This document shows, piece by piece, positions 47,120-56,802 of a stretch of 64,000 nt of DNA; within the stretch, counting starts at the first letter, position 1; every line of letters starts with the position of its first letter. The notes beneath the pieces were generated by a model. The model searched no databases. It was not told where the DNA came from and saw only the letters and a list, made by a program, of their open reading frames with translations. The stretch spans positions 146,508-210,507 of the forward strand of contig JANLIT010000002.1 in NCBI GenBank assembly GCA_024653945.1. Reading direction: 5' to 3'. This stretch comes from Candidatus Campbellbacteria bacterium (GTDB lineage: Bacteria > Patescibacteriota > Minisyncoccia > Phycocordibacterales > EsbW-18). The position numbers were made by a program, and so were the translations under genes.

Positions 47120-48607
47120 ATGCCGAGTATTTTTGTATATGCTGGAGTCATTGGTTTTCTTGTGGGTGTTGCGGTGAGAAGTGTGTTTGAGGTGCCAATG
47201 ATTTTTGAGGTTTGTGTGGGAATTGTTGGAGTCTGTGTATGTGTGGCAGGTGCCGCACGGCGCGGGAGTACCCGCGCCGTGCTCTCGTGTGGTATCTGTT
47301 TTGTTCTTTTTTCTGCTGGGCTCATTCGTGCAGATGTTTCATTTGCGAACGATGGAAATTTCCTTGATGCACAACTCGGACAAACAATAATTGAAGGAAT
47401 TGTTGTCGGTGAGCCCTCGTTTACGGAGAAATCTCAAAATGTGACGCTCAAAGTTTTGCACGAAAAAGAAACAGCACGCGTGAGTATTATTACTTCGCCA
47501 TTCCCTCCGTTTGTGTATGGCGACGTGCTTCGGGTATCTGGAAATCTCAAAAAACCCGAATCATTTGTTACTGATAACGGCTCAACGTTCAACTATCCAG
47601 CGTATCTTGCTAAAGACGGCATTTTTCAGCAGATGCTGTTTCCTATAATAGACATTATTTCACGTGGCAAAGGAAACTTTTTGTATCGCGCGTTGTTTTC
47701 TGTTCGACGACGGTTCGTTGATACTGTTGCCACACATCTACCCGAACCGAACGCATCACTCCTTTCAGGAATTTCTATTGGTGCAAAAGATGGTATGGAT
47801 GATGCAACAGATGAAATGTTTCGGCGGGTGGGCTTGATTCATATTGTCGTGTTATCTGGATACAACATTACGGTTGTGTCAGATACGGTGATGCGACTTC
47901 TCTCGTTTTTACCACGTGCGTTTATGTTGGGAGGGGGAGGTGTGGTGGTACTTTTATTTACTATTATGACTGGTGCAACGGCCACAGCGGTTCGTGCAGC
48001 AAGTATGGCAGTGCTCGCGCTTCTTGCTCGAATAGTGGAAGCGAAATACGACATTGTTCGCGCGCTGTTTCTTGTTGCGTTTGTGATGGTTCTACACAAT
48101 CCGCGCGTACTGCTGTTTGACCCGTCGTTTCAGCTTAGTTTTCTGGCGACGTTTGGGCTCATCACACTTTCACCGATTATTGAGAAAAAACTCGCGCGTG
48201 TTACCAACACGTTTTCATTGCGTCAAACACTTTCTGCAACACTTGCCACACAAGTATTTGTGGTACCACTATTGGTACATATGAATGGGCAGGTGAGTTT
48301 CATTTCGCTTGTTGCGAATGTTGTTGTGTTGCCAGTCATTCCGCTCTCCATGTTTTTCACGTATCTTTTGGGTGGTATTGGTCCATTTGTAGCACCAGTC
48401 GCAACACTTCTTTCATTTCCAACATTTGTTGTTTCCGAATACATTTTGGAGGTAAGTGACTTTTTCTCGCGTGTACCCTTTGCATCAGTTGATGTTGGTT
48501 TGCATCCTGCCATACTCCTTGTTGTGTACAGTGTACTTCTCTGGTGGATTTGGAAACAACAACACCCACCAAAGAGGCGGGTGTTGGGTGACAACCAGAA
48601 TGTGTAG
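47120..48607 (+). CDS. comEC: ComEC/Rec2-family DNA internalisation channel protein (no lactamase domain)
   Basis: N-terminal DUF4131-like TM/OB region. Competence domain with DDATDEMFRRVGLIHIVVLSGYNITVV and multiple TM helices. Confidence 0.75.
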   Translation: MPSIFVYAGVIGFLVGVAVRSVFEVPMIFEVCVGIVGVCVCVAGAARRGSTRAVLSCGICFVLFSAGLIRADVSFANDGNFLDAQLGQTIIEGIVVGEPSFTEKSQNVTLKVLHEKETARVSIITSPFPPFVYGDVLRVSGNLKKPESFVTDNGSTFNYPAYLAKDGIFQQMLFPIIDIISRGKGNFLYRALFSVRRRFVDTVATHLPEPNASLLSGISIGAKDGMDDATDEMFRRVGLIHIVVLSGYNITVVSDTVMRLLSFLPRAFMLGGGGVVVLLFTIMTGATATAVRAASMAVLALLARIVEAKYDIVRALFLVAFVMVLHNPRVLLFDPSFQLSFLATFGLITLSPIIEKKLARVTNTFSLRQTLSATLATQVFVVPLLVHMNGQVSFISLVANVVVLPVIPLSMFFTYLLGGIGPFVAPVATLLSFPTFVVSEYILEVSDFFSRVPFASVDVGLHPAILLVVYSVLLWWIWKQQHPPKRRVLGDNQNV

Positions 48608-49033
48608 TTATACGTTGTCTGCTGACTCTGATTCTGAACCCGTGTCAGTTGCACGACATGCTTTTGCGTCTGTTTTGAATGTTTTCCAGGCACTCTTGCG
48701 GGCACTGTTCCACGTTCTCCACATGCCTTTCTTCGCATCTTTAAAACTTTTCCACGCAGCCTTGATTGCCGCATTGCGTTCTTTTCTGTCTTCTATTTTC
48801 CACGCTTCAACAAGTGCATCTCGACGTGCCTTGAGTGCAGTTGTGGCAGTGGTATGTAGTGTGTCCCACGCAGTAATAATTGTATTCTCACGTTTCTCAA
48901 CCGCCGTTTGCATGCACGTAAGGTCTACGATTTTTCCATTCGATCTAGGTGATGAAGAATCGCTTTCTGCGAGTGCGGGCGTAGCAGAAAGTAAAATACC
49001 AACCACCATTAAAAATGCAATAAGTTTTTTCAT
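48608..49033 (-). CDS. Hypothetical secreted/lipoprotein-like protein
   Basis: Signal peptide MKKLIAFLMVVGILLSATPALA. Lys/Ala-rich helical repeats. Confidence 0.5.
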   Translation of the reverse strand: MKKLIAFLMVVGILLSATPALAESDSSSPRSNGKIVDLTCMQTAVEKRENTIITAWDTLHTTATTALKARRDALVEAWKIEDRKERNAAIKAAWKSFKDAKKGMWRTWNSARKSAWKTFKTDAKACRATDTGSESESADNV

Positions 49034-49125
49034 ACAACAGTAATGATTATGTAGTAATTATTAAACGACACCCGTGTACGAATGTCGTTTATAGTATATC
49101 TGATATTGCTGTAGTTGCCACAAGT

Positions 49126-49725
49126 CTATGAAACTCGTTCGTGGACAAACAACTCATTCGCTTTAGTCCAGTTGAAATTTTCAAGGTAGGCATCAATATA
49201 CTTCATCTTGTCTGCAGGTGCATAGTCCATGAGATATGCGTGCTCCCACATGTCCAGCATGATGATTGGATGAAGTCCGACAAGATGACCGAGGTGTTGC
49301 TCATCAACCCACTGTGTGAGAAGTCGATCGCCCGCAGGATCATAGAGGAGTGCGGCCCAGCCAATGCCTCGAGTGAGAGCGATTGCTTTAAATCGAGCCA
49401 TGAACTGAGGAATACTTTCCCATGTTTTGGTTATTTCAACAGCGAGGGGCGAGTCAGAAGGGAGAGGTTGAGAACCACCTTCGAGTGCGCCGAAGTAAAA
49501 CTCATGATTGCGCATGCCGTCAAATTCAAAGGCAAAACGTCTCTGGAGCTCACCGAGAGCGTATGCATTCTTCGTAGAATCCTTCGCATACTCCTCAATT
49601 TGGCTCAAAATAAGGTTTGTATTTTTTACGTATCCCTCGTAGAGCTTAAGGTGGGTCTCAATAGTCTTTTGAGATAGACCGGAGAGGGCGGGGAGGTTGA
49701 ATTCTTGTGGTTTGTAGTCGGTCAT
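49126..49725 (-). CDS. sodA: Fe/Mn superoxide dismutase
   Basis: DMWEHAYL signature. N-terminal helical and C-terminal alpha/beta domains. Confidence 0.9.
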   Translation of the reverse strand: MTDYKPQEFNLPALSGLSQKTIETHLKLYEGYVKNTNLILSQIEEYAKDSTKNAYALGELQRRFAFEFDGMRNHEFYFGALEGGSQPLPSDSPLAVEITKTWESIPQFMARFKAIALTRGIGWAALLYDPAGDRLLTQWVDEQHLGHLVGLHPIIMLDMWEHAYLMDYAPADKMKYIDAYLENFNWTKANELFVHERVS

Positions 49726-49989
49726 AAAGGTTACAAATAGGAGACATAGGTCAGATGCCCAGAAAAAGTCTCCAAGATACTAATAATGGTAAAAGTATAG
49801 CATAATCTAAAAAATGGCTCAACTAAGCCACTTTTAAAGGTACTGGTTGACAGACTCTAGAAAGTATTTTCCTCTATTGACAAAACTTGCCCTAGGGTTA
49901 TAATAAAGGACCTTTCTTCGAAAGACCGTCCCTTGTGGGCGGCCTTTTGTATCTATGAGAATAGGTACAGCGAGGCGAGGCAAAACTAT

Positions 49990-50580
49990 ATGAAATCAAA
50001 AATTCTAGCAAGCTTTCCAAGTTTTTCAGCCAAAGTATGTGCTTTCGGTCTTATTCACGTATTAACGTTTGGTACAGGTGTTAATCTTCTCTCAAATCCA
50101 TCCGTTGTTACGGCTGCGATTGCAGGGGATGAGGCAACACCGGTCGTTGATGTACAGGATGAAATTTTGTGGTTTGCCCGAGCTATTTATTCGGAAACCA
50201 AAGTTCCCGCTGAGCAAACACTCGTTGCGTGGGTTATTCGTAACCGTGTTGAATCAGGCAAGTTCCGCGACACCTACAAAGGAGTAGTGTTACAACCCGG
50301 TCAGTTTTCAGGATTTTCTTCTGTTGACGCGCAGTATGGTATTAACTCATCACTGACACTTGAAGATGAGAATCCTTCATGGAAAAGTGCGGTTGCAATT
50401 GCGGAGGCGGTGTATGTTGCTAATCCAATATTACGCCCCTTGTCTGCAGATGTGCTTCACTTCTATTCACCAATTTCTGTTGTGAATACCCCAAAGTGGG
50501 CGCAAGGACGTGACGCAGACCACGTGGTTCGCGATATGCGAGGAAACGCACGTTTTGCCTTCTACGCCGATATACTATAA
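49990..50580 (+). CDS. Cell-wall hydrolase, SleB/CwlJ-like (Hydrolase_2 family)
   Basis: Signal/TM then FARAIYSETKV...EQTLVAWVIRNRV...YKGVVLQPGQFS. Confidence 0.55.
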   Translation: MKSKILASFPSFSAKVCAFGLIHVLTFGTGVNLLSNPSVVTAAIAGDEATPVVDVQDEILWFARAIYSETKVPAEQTLVAWVIRNRVESGKFRDTYKGVVLQPGQFSGFSSVDAQYGINSSLTLEDENPSWKSAVAIAEAVYVANPILRPLSADVLHFYSPISVVNTPKWAQGRDADHVVRDMRGNARFAFYADIL

Positions 50581-50593
50581 ACAAAACAAAACC

Positions 50594-50625
50594 ACCCCGC
50601 ACATTTCTGTGCGGGGTGGTTTTTG
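50594..50625. terminator. Rho-independent terminator
   Basis: accccgcacatttctgtgcggggtggtttttg. Confidence 0.7.
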
Positions 50626-50698
50626 TATACAAATTGCTTTTCTTCTGCTATACATGCAGATAGGTTTGGTCTTTTAATCAACGAATATGGAGGGTGCC

Positions 50699-52027
50699 AT
50701 GGTTCAAACACTTCGTCGTGTGGCAGCAAAGGCCCGGGCGGTACGGTCAGAAGACCTCTTTTACTGTCCTGTCCATCGGTCTAGAATTAGTGTTGGGGCA
50801 TGTAAGGCATTCTGCTCTGTTCCGCAGAACAACACGGAACGGTGCACGAGGGAGTTTCACTGCGAGTCGCCGTGGCGACTCTGCTGGGCGTGTCTTCTGA
50901 ACCACGGTTTAGGAGAGAGGGGTGGTGTGGCAGAAAACAAGGACCGCGGACTCTGTGATTTTCATCTCAAGAACGGTATTGAGAAGCGTCCCGATTGGGC
51001 GCCAAAGAGAGATGGAGAAAGCGGGCACGGTTCTTCTATCGACGACATCTCAGACCGTATCAGGAGTCACTCGCACACGGCGGGGGGTGGAGGAAGCGGT
51101 ACAGTAAAGACACAGAAGACTATCCATCTCGTCAAAGGGAAACAAGTTCCCGTCGACACCGTTCTTGAAGTTGACTGTGCGCTGGTAGTTCCTCTGAGTG
51201 AACAGCCACGCACGTACTTCGACAAAGATGAGCTCGAGGGTCTCCTCAACTCAATTGCCGAAGCGGGGCAGATTCAGACCGTTCCGGCGGTTTCACTTCC
51301 CGACGGCACATTCCGCATTCGTGATGGTGAACGACGGTGGCGAGTGTGCACGAAGCTCAAGCGTCCGCTACGTGTCGTTGTCGTTCCCGAGCTTCCTCAT
51401 GAGGAGGAGATTGAACAGGCGGCAATCGCAAACTTCCTTCGGCAAGGTCACACACCGATTGAACAAGCGCGCATCTTCATGCGACTCAAGGAAGGACCGC
51501 TGAAGCGCACCGTCGCGAAGATTGGTCAGATGTTTGGCATGACGACCGCGAGCGTCTACAACCACCTCATCCTCATCGAGAAGCTCGACGTGCGCGTTCA
51601 GAATCTCATGGATCCGGTGAAGCAGGGAAGTTCAAAAGCAATCCTGCGTCCCTCGGTGGCTCAGTATCTCACCGCATTTCACGAACGTCCTGAAGAGCAG
51701 GTGGGGCTCGCGCGAGAAATTATGAAGCGCAAGCTCAACCTGCGCGAAGCAAAGACCTTGATCGACAAGTATGCCGACAAGCTCAAGATCAAGACGGGGC
51801 GTGGGCGAGAGGCACAACCGTATGACCACATCCGGACTATCAAACGGACGATGGCAAACACCAGTATCGTTCTCGATCGGTTCTCGGAATTCTCCGACGA
51901 CGATTGGGAGCGTCTGTGGAAGACGCACTCATGGACCGAGCGGGAACTTGTTGCCAATCGTTTGACCACGCTCATCAAACGACTACAGGAGCTCCAAGGT
52001 CACGTTGACCGGACGCTCAAAGGTTAG
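50699..52027 (+). CDS. ParB-like nuclease-domain protein with N-terminal 8-Cys cluster (GC-rich island)
   Basis: N-terminus CPVHRS..C..C..C..C..C..C..C. ParB_N motif FRIRDGERRWRV. HTH TVAKIGQMFGMTTASVYNHLIL. GGAGGG SD. GC far above the window average. Confidence 0.65.
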   Translation: MVQTLRRVAAKARAVRSEDLFYCPVHRSRISVGACKAFCSVPQNNTERCTREFHCESPWRLCWACLLNHGLGERGGVAENKDRGLCDFHLKNGIEKRPDWAPKRDGESGHGSSIDDISDRIRSHSHTAGGGGSGTVKTQKTIHLVKGKQVPVDTVLEVDCALVVPLSEQPRTYFDKDELEGLLNSIAEAGQIQTVPAVSLPDGTFRIRDGERRWRVCTKLKRPLRVVVVPELPHEEEIEQAAIANFLRQGHTPIEQARIFMRLKEGPLKRTVAKIGQMFGMTTASVYNHLILIEKLDVRVQNLMDPVKQGSSKAILRPSVAQYLTAFHERPEEQVGLAREIMKRKLNLREAKTLIDKYADKLKIKTGRGREAQPYDHIRTIKRTMANTSIVLDRFSEFSDDDWERLWKTHSWTERELVANRLTTLIKRLQELQGHVDRTLKG

Positions 52028-52232
52028 TGTGAAGAAGGTCTTTTTGCGGCGCGGTGGGGAAGTCCCTACCGCGTCGTTTTGTTTTTCATACAATATATAG
52101 AGCACACAAAAGACCTTGACTTTTACGTAATTCCAAGTATAATCGTCCTCGGAAGTAGCTTGTAAACTAAGAAACAAAAGAAGTACAAAACTGGAGCATA
52201 CTGCTCCACAACTCTCTCGAAAGGAGAGCAAC

Positions 52233-53462
52233 ATGCGAAAGCTCGCGATAGCGCTGTCTGTCCTCGTTCTCATGATCGTCGCCGTTCCGGCGATGGCATT
52301 CGAGATTACTCCAAACAACCCGATCGACAACGGCAATTTCGCCAAGTCGACGGCGTCGTGCGACGGCAAGTTCCTGATCGGACAGTCCGGTCAGAACAAT
52401 GTTGAAGTGTACACCCACGCGGGTGTCTACCTCAACTCGTTTGGGGCACCTAGCTACCAGCTCTCCGGATTCTTCGGTGAGTCGTTGGCCGTCACTCCCA
52501 ACTGCGCGACGGCCGTCGTCGGCGCCAAGGGGTACGATGGCACCGGTGCCATCTTCGTCTTCGACTGGAACGCATCTCTGGGTGAGTATCAATTCGTCGT
52601 GAAGAAAACGGCGGCGGGGCTCGTCCCGGGCGATGACTTCGGTCAGTCGGTCGCGGTGACCGACGATGGTCAAACCGCCTTTGGCGCGTCGTACCTCAAG
52701 AACAAAGTGTCTTCGTTCGCGCGGTCTGCAAGTTGGACCGAACACGTCGTTTCGATGCCCGATCTTTCGGCTAGCGATTACGCGGGGTTCGCCCTGTGTG
52801 TCGCGGGCGACGACTTGGGTGTCGGTGTTCCTCTGCAGTACAACAGCGGCATTCCCGGTGCACTCTACGTTCACCGAAAAAATACTGGTGGCGCAGGAAA
52901 CTGGGGGTACGTGACCAAGTTCACAGGCCTCGAGCGTCTCGGGTATTCATGCGGAGGGAGCGGACCACGTTTCATCTCCGGCGCTCCGCTTCACAACTTC
53001 GACACACTTCCTCCAGGGTCTGGTGCTGGACAAGGACAGGGTGTTGTGGTGACGTTCCGCCGACACGTCGGCGGGTCGTACACCGTCGAGCATACCTTTG
53101 CCCCCTCGCTCGGCTTCGCCGAGTGCGGTACGTCCGTCGGGATTTCCGGGATCAACGTCATGTTCGGCTGTCCGTACGCGGACGTGGGTTCGGTGGACGA
53201 TGGAAAGTCCAACGCCTTCTCTCGGGCAAACGGTCTGGGGAACTGGACTTCCGAGTTCACCCTGTTCGACAACGACCCACAGGTACTCGATCGTGTCGGA
53301 TTCTCCTGCGCTGTCGGTGGTGGGGAGGGGATTGCCGGTGCGCCGTTTTCCGGTGAGGTTGCTACCAATGCCGGAGCCGCATACTACAACACCTACTCGT
53401 TGGTGTTTGCCGACGGCTTCGAGTACGGCGATACGTTGGAGTGGTCGTCCGCCGTTCCGTAA
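52233..53462 (+). CDS. Secreted FG-GAP-repeat protein (integrin-alpha-like beta-propeller) (GC-rich island)
   Basis: Signal peptide MRKLAIALSVLVLMIVAVPAMA. At least four FG..A....GD..G..D...GAP-like repeats (FGESLAVT, FGQSVAVTDDGQTAFGAS, VGFSCAVGGGEGIAGAPF). AAGGAGAG SD. Confidence 0.6.
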   Translation: MRKLAIALSVLVLMIVAVPAMAFEITPNNPIDNGNFAKSTASCDGKFLIGQSGQNNVEVYTHAGVYLNSFGAPSYQLSGFFGESLAVTPNCATAVVGAKGYDGTGAIFVFDWNASLGEYQFVVKKTAAGLVPGDDFGQSVAVTDDGQTAFGASYLKNKVSSFARSASWTEHVVSMPDLSASDYAGFALCVAGDDLGVGVPLQYNSGIPGALYVHRKNTGGAGNWGYVTKFTGLERLGYSCGGSGPRFISGAPLHNFDTLPPGSGAGQGQGVVVTFRRHVGGSYTVEHTFAPSLGFAECGTSVGISGINVMFGCPYADVGSVDDGKSNAFSRANGLGNWTSEFTLFDNDPQVLDRVGFSCAVGGGEGIAGAPFSGEVATNAGAAYYNTYSLVFADGFEYGDTLEWSSAVP

Positions 53463-53615
53463 GTTTCTTGGTTTTCTTCGCGCCGGGCACCCTTCACAGG
53501 GAGCCCGGTGTTTTTTTATCCAGCACTTATGTTAAGTGCTGGATTTATTTCTTTTGGAGGAGCTAAGCTCCTCCAAACTAATCTGGATTTTATCTCACGG
53601 ATATATACTGAACAC

Positions 53616-54488
53616 ATGCGCTCATGGAAACTATATCTTTTTGCACTCGCGCTTCTTGTTTTTATAACGGGAAGTATTTGGTATGTTGCACACCAATTTG
53701 AACGTGAGCCAGTTTTAACCGTTGCATTTTTAGATATTGGACAAGGCGACTCTATATTTATTGAAAGCCCGTCGGGAAAGCAGATGCTTATTGATGGTGG
53801 TCCAGACAAGCATGTCATACAACAACTCTCTCGTGTGATGCCGTTTTTTGATAGAAGCGTTGATGTCGTTCTCAACACACATCCGGACAAAGACCACATC
53901 GGCGGATTGCCCGAGATACTGCGTCGCTATGATGTGTCGTACGTTATGGATCCAGGAATTGAATCGGACAGTGGAACGTACGGATACTACATACAACTTG
54001 TCGAACAGGAAATACAGAAGGGCGGAAAATATATTGAAGCTCGGCGAGGACAAATAATTAATTTTCAAGATGGTGCATACGTGCGCATTTTATTTCCTGA
54101 CCGTGACGTAAGCGCTGTGACAAACAATAACAATGCATCTATTGTTGTGCAGGTTGTGTATGGAAACACAGAAGTGATGCTGACAGGTGACGCACCACAA
54201 AGTATTGAAAAATATGTGGTGGCGCTTGACGGAGCAACACTCAAGAGTGATATTTTGAAAGCGGGACACCATGGTTCACGAACATCAAGCTCTCCTGAAT
54301 TTGTACGAGCAGTTTCTCCGACGTACGCGATTATTTCTGCGGGAAAAGATAATCAGTATGGCCACCCACACAAAGAGGTTATGCAACTTTTTGCATCATC
54401 AAGCATTCAAACCCTCGCCACATACGACCTCGGTATAATCATTTTTGAAAGCGACGGGAAAACAGTAAAAGTAGAAAGTGGTATGTAG
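53616..54488 (+). CDS. Metallo-beta-lactamase-fold protein, ComEC C-terminal domain-like
   Basis: One N-terminal TM. DIGQGDS, HPDKDHIGG, AGHHGSRTS motifs as in the ComEC lactamase domain. Start chosen at MRSWK because 53508-53600 forms two perfect stem-loops. Confidence 0.65.
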   Translation: MRSWKLYLFALALLVFITGSIWYVAHQFEREPVLTVAFLDIGQGDSIFIESPSGKQMLIDGGPDKHVIQQLSRVMPFFDRSVDVVLNTHPDKDHIGGLPEILRRYDVSYVMDPGIESDSGTYGYYIQLVEQEIQKGGKYIEARRGQIINFQDGAYVRILFPDRDVSAVTNNNNASIVVQVVYGNTEVMLTGDAPQSIEKYVVALDGATLKSDILKAGHHGSRTSSSPEFVRAVSPTYAIISAGKDNQYGHPHKEVMQLFASSSIQTLATYDLGIIIFESDGKTVKVESGM

Positions 54489-54600
54489 TAAGCACAGAAG
54501 TTCAACTCTGCCGGGGTGGGGTTTCCACGGTGAACGGTGTATGGTTTCATACACACGTGCTATTATGTATGGACGTTATTACCTTATCTATATAAACACT

Positions 54601-55260
54601 ATGTCAGAAAAAATAACCAAATATCTCACACCTGTCGTCGCACTGTTCTTCGCAACTGCGCTTGGCGTTACCGCCGCAACTACTATTGGGACGGACATTG
54701 TGACAGGGGGAATCCTTACCGTAACAGGTACTTCAACATTATCGGGGAATATACAGGGACTCGCAGGTGTTGAACAACCCAGAGCCCTGTTCGGCGACAC
54801 TGAAGCAGTTTTGTATGGTGATGGCGCAACACCGCCAAGTATTACTTTGGGTGGAACCGCTGTTTCTCTCTTTAGTCCTGATACTTCATCAAATGTTACC
54901 GTGCAAGATACCTCTGCAAGCATAACCTCAGGACTCGCATCTATTACGGTGTATAGTTCAGATTCCATTTCTATTTCTACCTCAAACCTGCAAGTCCCCG
55001 CCCTTATCACTGCAGGAAACGACACCGTGATTGACGCGGGAGGTGACGGGACAGCACTCTCATTTGATTCTTCTGGTGGTGGTCCGGTGAAGTCAAACGT
55101 CCCTTTTGCCATCCCGTCTGCCGCAACCCTTCCTGCCTGTTCCAGCGGTATTGCACCTGCCGGATTTGCTGCGCTTATGTTGGATACAACCGGCCCCGAC
55201 TTATGTTTCTGTAACGGTACTTCCTGGGCACCCGTTGATGGGACGGGCACGTGCTCGTAA
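54601..55260 (+). CDS. Secreted Gly/Thr/Ser-rich protein
   Basis: Signal peptide, low-complexity beta-rich sequence, C-terminal Cys pair. Confidence 0.45.
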   Translation: MSEKITKYLTPVVALFFATALGVTAATTIGTDIVTGGILTVTGTSTLSGNIQGLAGVEQPRALFGDTEAVLYGDGATPPSITLGGTAVSLFSPDTSSNVTVQDTSASITSGLASITVYSSDSISISTSNLQVPALITAGNDTVIDAGGDGTALSFDSSGGGPVKSNVPFAIPSAATLPACSSGIAPAGFAALMLDTTGPDLCFCNGTSWAPVDGTGTCS

Positions 55261-55397
55261 TTTGTAATTTATTAAGGTGGCATTTATAAACAAAAATCAC
55301 GCTTTGTGTCTGTAACAGTACTGCGTATGTGTTAGTTTCAGATACAGTAACGGCTTGTACTTTTAACGCAAACTAATTACATTAATACACACCAGAT

Positions 55398-55919
55398 ATG
55401 AAACATATACAAACTCTTGTTTTTGTGGCGATGTTATTTGTTTGTGGTTTTGTTCTTACTCCAAAAACATACGCGACGTTTGACGAGGTCACACTTGAAA
55501 CAGCGGCGATTATTACCGTTGGTGTGTACGATTTAACTATCTATGGAAGCAGTGCCGAAATCGCAAGTATAACCGTTGATGAAAATGATTTTTCAGTTAC
55601 CATCGAGAATGGTTCCGCTATTGTCGTTGCTTCAGCGGATAGGGTTGCTTTTTCACACGACGGGAATGCACTGTATGTAACAAGTGAAGTATGTAGTGAT
55701 ACCGAATCTCGCCTTGGTCTTGCTTCTGCAAGCGACACCACAACAATAACAGTTACTCCTTCAGGAACGTGTACATCTGAATCCGTGGGTGGGGGTTCTT
55801 CAGGAAGGAGACATGTTCTTGTTCCTCAAAATACCCAAACACTTCTCGAACAGTTCCAACTGCAGCTGATTGAGCTTCTCAAACAATATCTTGCGTTACT
55901 CGTGGCCTCGATGCACTAG
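55398..55919 (+). CDS. Hypothetical secreted protein
   Basis: Signal peptide MKHIQTLVFVAMLFVCGFVLTPKTYA. 173 aa. Confidence 0.45.
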   Translation: MKHIQTLVFVAMLFVCGFVLTPKTYATFDEVTLETAAIITVGVYDLTIYGSSAEIASITVDENDFSVTIENGSAIVVASADRVAFSHDGNALYVTSEVCSDTESRLGLASASDTTTITVTPSGTCTSESVGGGSSGRRHVLVPQNTQTLLEQFQLQLIELLKQYLALLVASMH

Positions 55920-55926
55920 TTGGTAG

Positions 55927-56012
55927 CCCCGACGCTACGGTCGGGGTCCCGACTGAAACGTCGGGAAAAGTAGAAAGCAAAAACACTCGGCATACTGCCG
56001 AGTGTTTTTTGT
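55927..56012. terminator. Three consecutive hairpins ending in a bidirectional terminator
   Basis: ccccgacgctacggtcgggg; cccgactgaaacgtcggg; acactcggcatactgccgagtgt followed by tttttt. Confidence 0.65.
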
Positions 56013-56018
56013 TGAAAC

Positions 56019-56273
56019 CTATTTGAGGGCGCCGACTTTCTTGAGGGCGGCATACGCACCATTTTTGCGAATTGTTTTCATGCCACGGTTTGACACGACA
56101 ACGTGTACACTTTTTCCGAGTTCAGGAATAAAAAGCTTGCGCTTCTGTAAGTTGGCCTTTCGGCGCTTCTTACCTCGTTTTACGCCAGGGTTAAACTGTG
56201 TCGCACGTGTTCTGTTGCTGTAGCGACCAGCGGTTAGTGTTGTTGCTCCTGTTATTACGCATTCTTTGGACAT
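56019..56273 (-). CDS. rpmB: 50S ribosomal protein L28
   Basis: MSKECVITGATTLTAGRYSN... basic 84 aa typical of L28. Confidence 0.75.
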   Translation of the reverse strand: MSKECVITGATTLTAGRYSNRTRATQFNPGVKRGKKRRKANLQKRKLFIPELGKSVHVVVSNRGMKTIRKNGAYAALKKVGALK

Positions 56274-56334
56274 AAATCATTTATGAGAAATTTGACTTTA
56301 TTGAAACTTGATACTAGCACAGTAAAATGTGCCA

Positions 56335-56365
56335 GTCAAAGCCCAAAATCCAAAGCACAAAGCTC
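56335..56365 (+). repeat. AAAATCCAAAGCACAAAGCTCAAAA module (left arm flanking the four-helix-bundle gene)
   Basis: Module copies also at 232-262 (partial), 5745-5770 (AAAATCCAAA x2), 56771-56795 (each sub-module inverted) and 58071-58096. Confidence 0.6.
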
Positions 56366-56370
56366 AAAAA

Positions 56371-56760
56371 ATGACAAACGAAGTTCAACAAGAGAAGAAA
56401 ATATTTGATTTAGAAGAACGAAGTAGGACATTTGCAATGAATGTTCGACATTTTACGTCCACTCTTCAAAAAACTCAGGCAAATATAGAGGACGGTAAAC
56501 AACTCGTCAGGTCGTCAGGATCAGTGGGGGCTAATTACATTGAGGCAAATGAGTGTTTGAGTCGTAAAGATTTTGTTTTTCGTATACGAATTTGTCGTAA
56601 AGAATCTCGAGAAAGTAGCTATTGGCTTAGCCTTATTTCAATTAACACCGAGGAACTCGAAGGAGTCCGAAAACGCTTATACCGTGAGTCGTTGGAACTT
56701 GCTCGAATATTTAGTACTATCATGTGGAACACTGAAGCCAAAATAAAATCTTCTAAATAA
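56371..56760 (+). CDS. Four-helix-bundle protein of the 23S-rRNA intervening-sequence type (PF05635-like)
   Basis: GSVGANYIEANEC...RKDFVFRIRICRKESRESSYWL is the hallmark motif of this family. Confidence 0.7.
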   Translation: MTNEVQQEKKIFDLEERSRTFAMNVRHFTSTLQKTQANIEDGKQLVRSSGSVGANYIEANECLSRKDFVFRIRICRKESRESSYWLSLISINTEELEGVRKRLYRESLELARIFSTIMWNTEAKIKSSK

Positions 56761-56802
56761 TTTTTTTGGATTTTGTACTTTGAGCTTTGTGCTTTCCTCA
56801 TC

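Noticed and set aside
52167-52874. 235-aa minus-strand ORF inside the FG-GAP gene, and similar long antisense ORFs at 309-878, 6191-6535, 62185-63459
   Set aside because: These are the typical long antisense frames of GC-rich or compositionally biased coding DNA. The sense frames carry signal peptides or recognisable motifs and proper starts.
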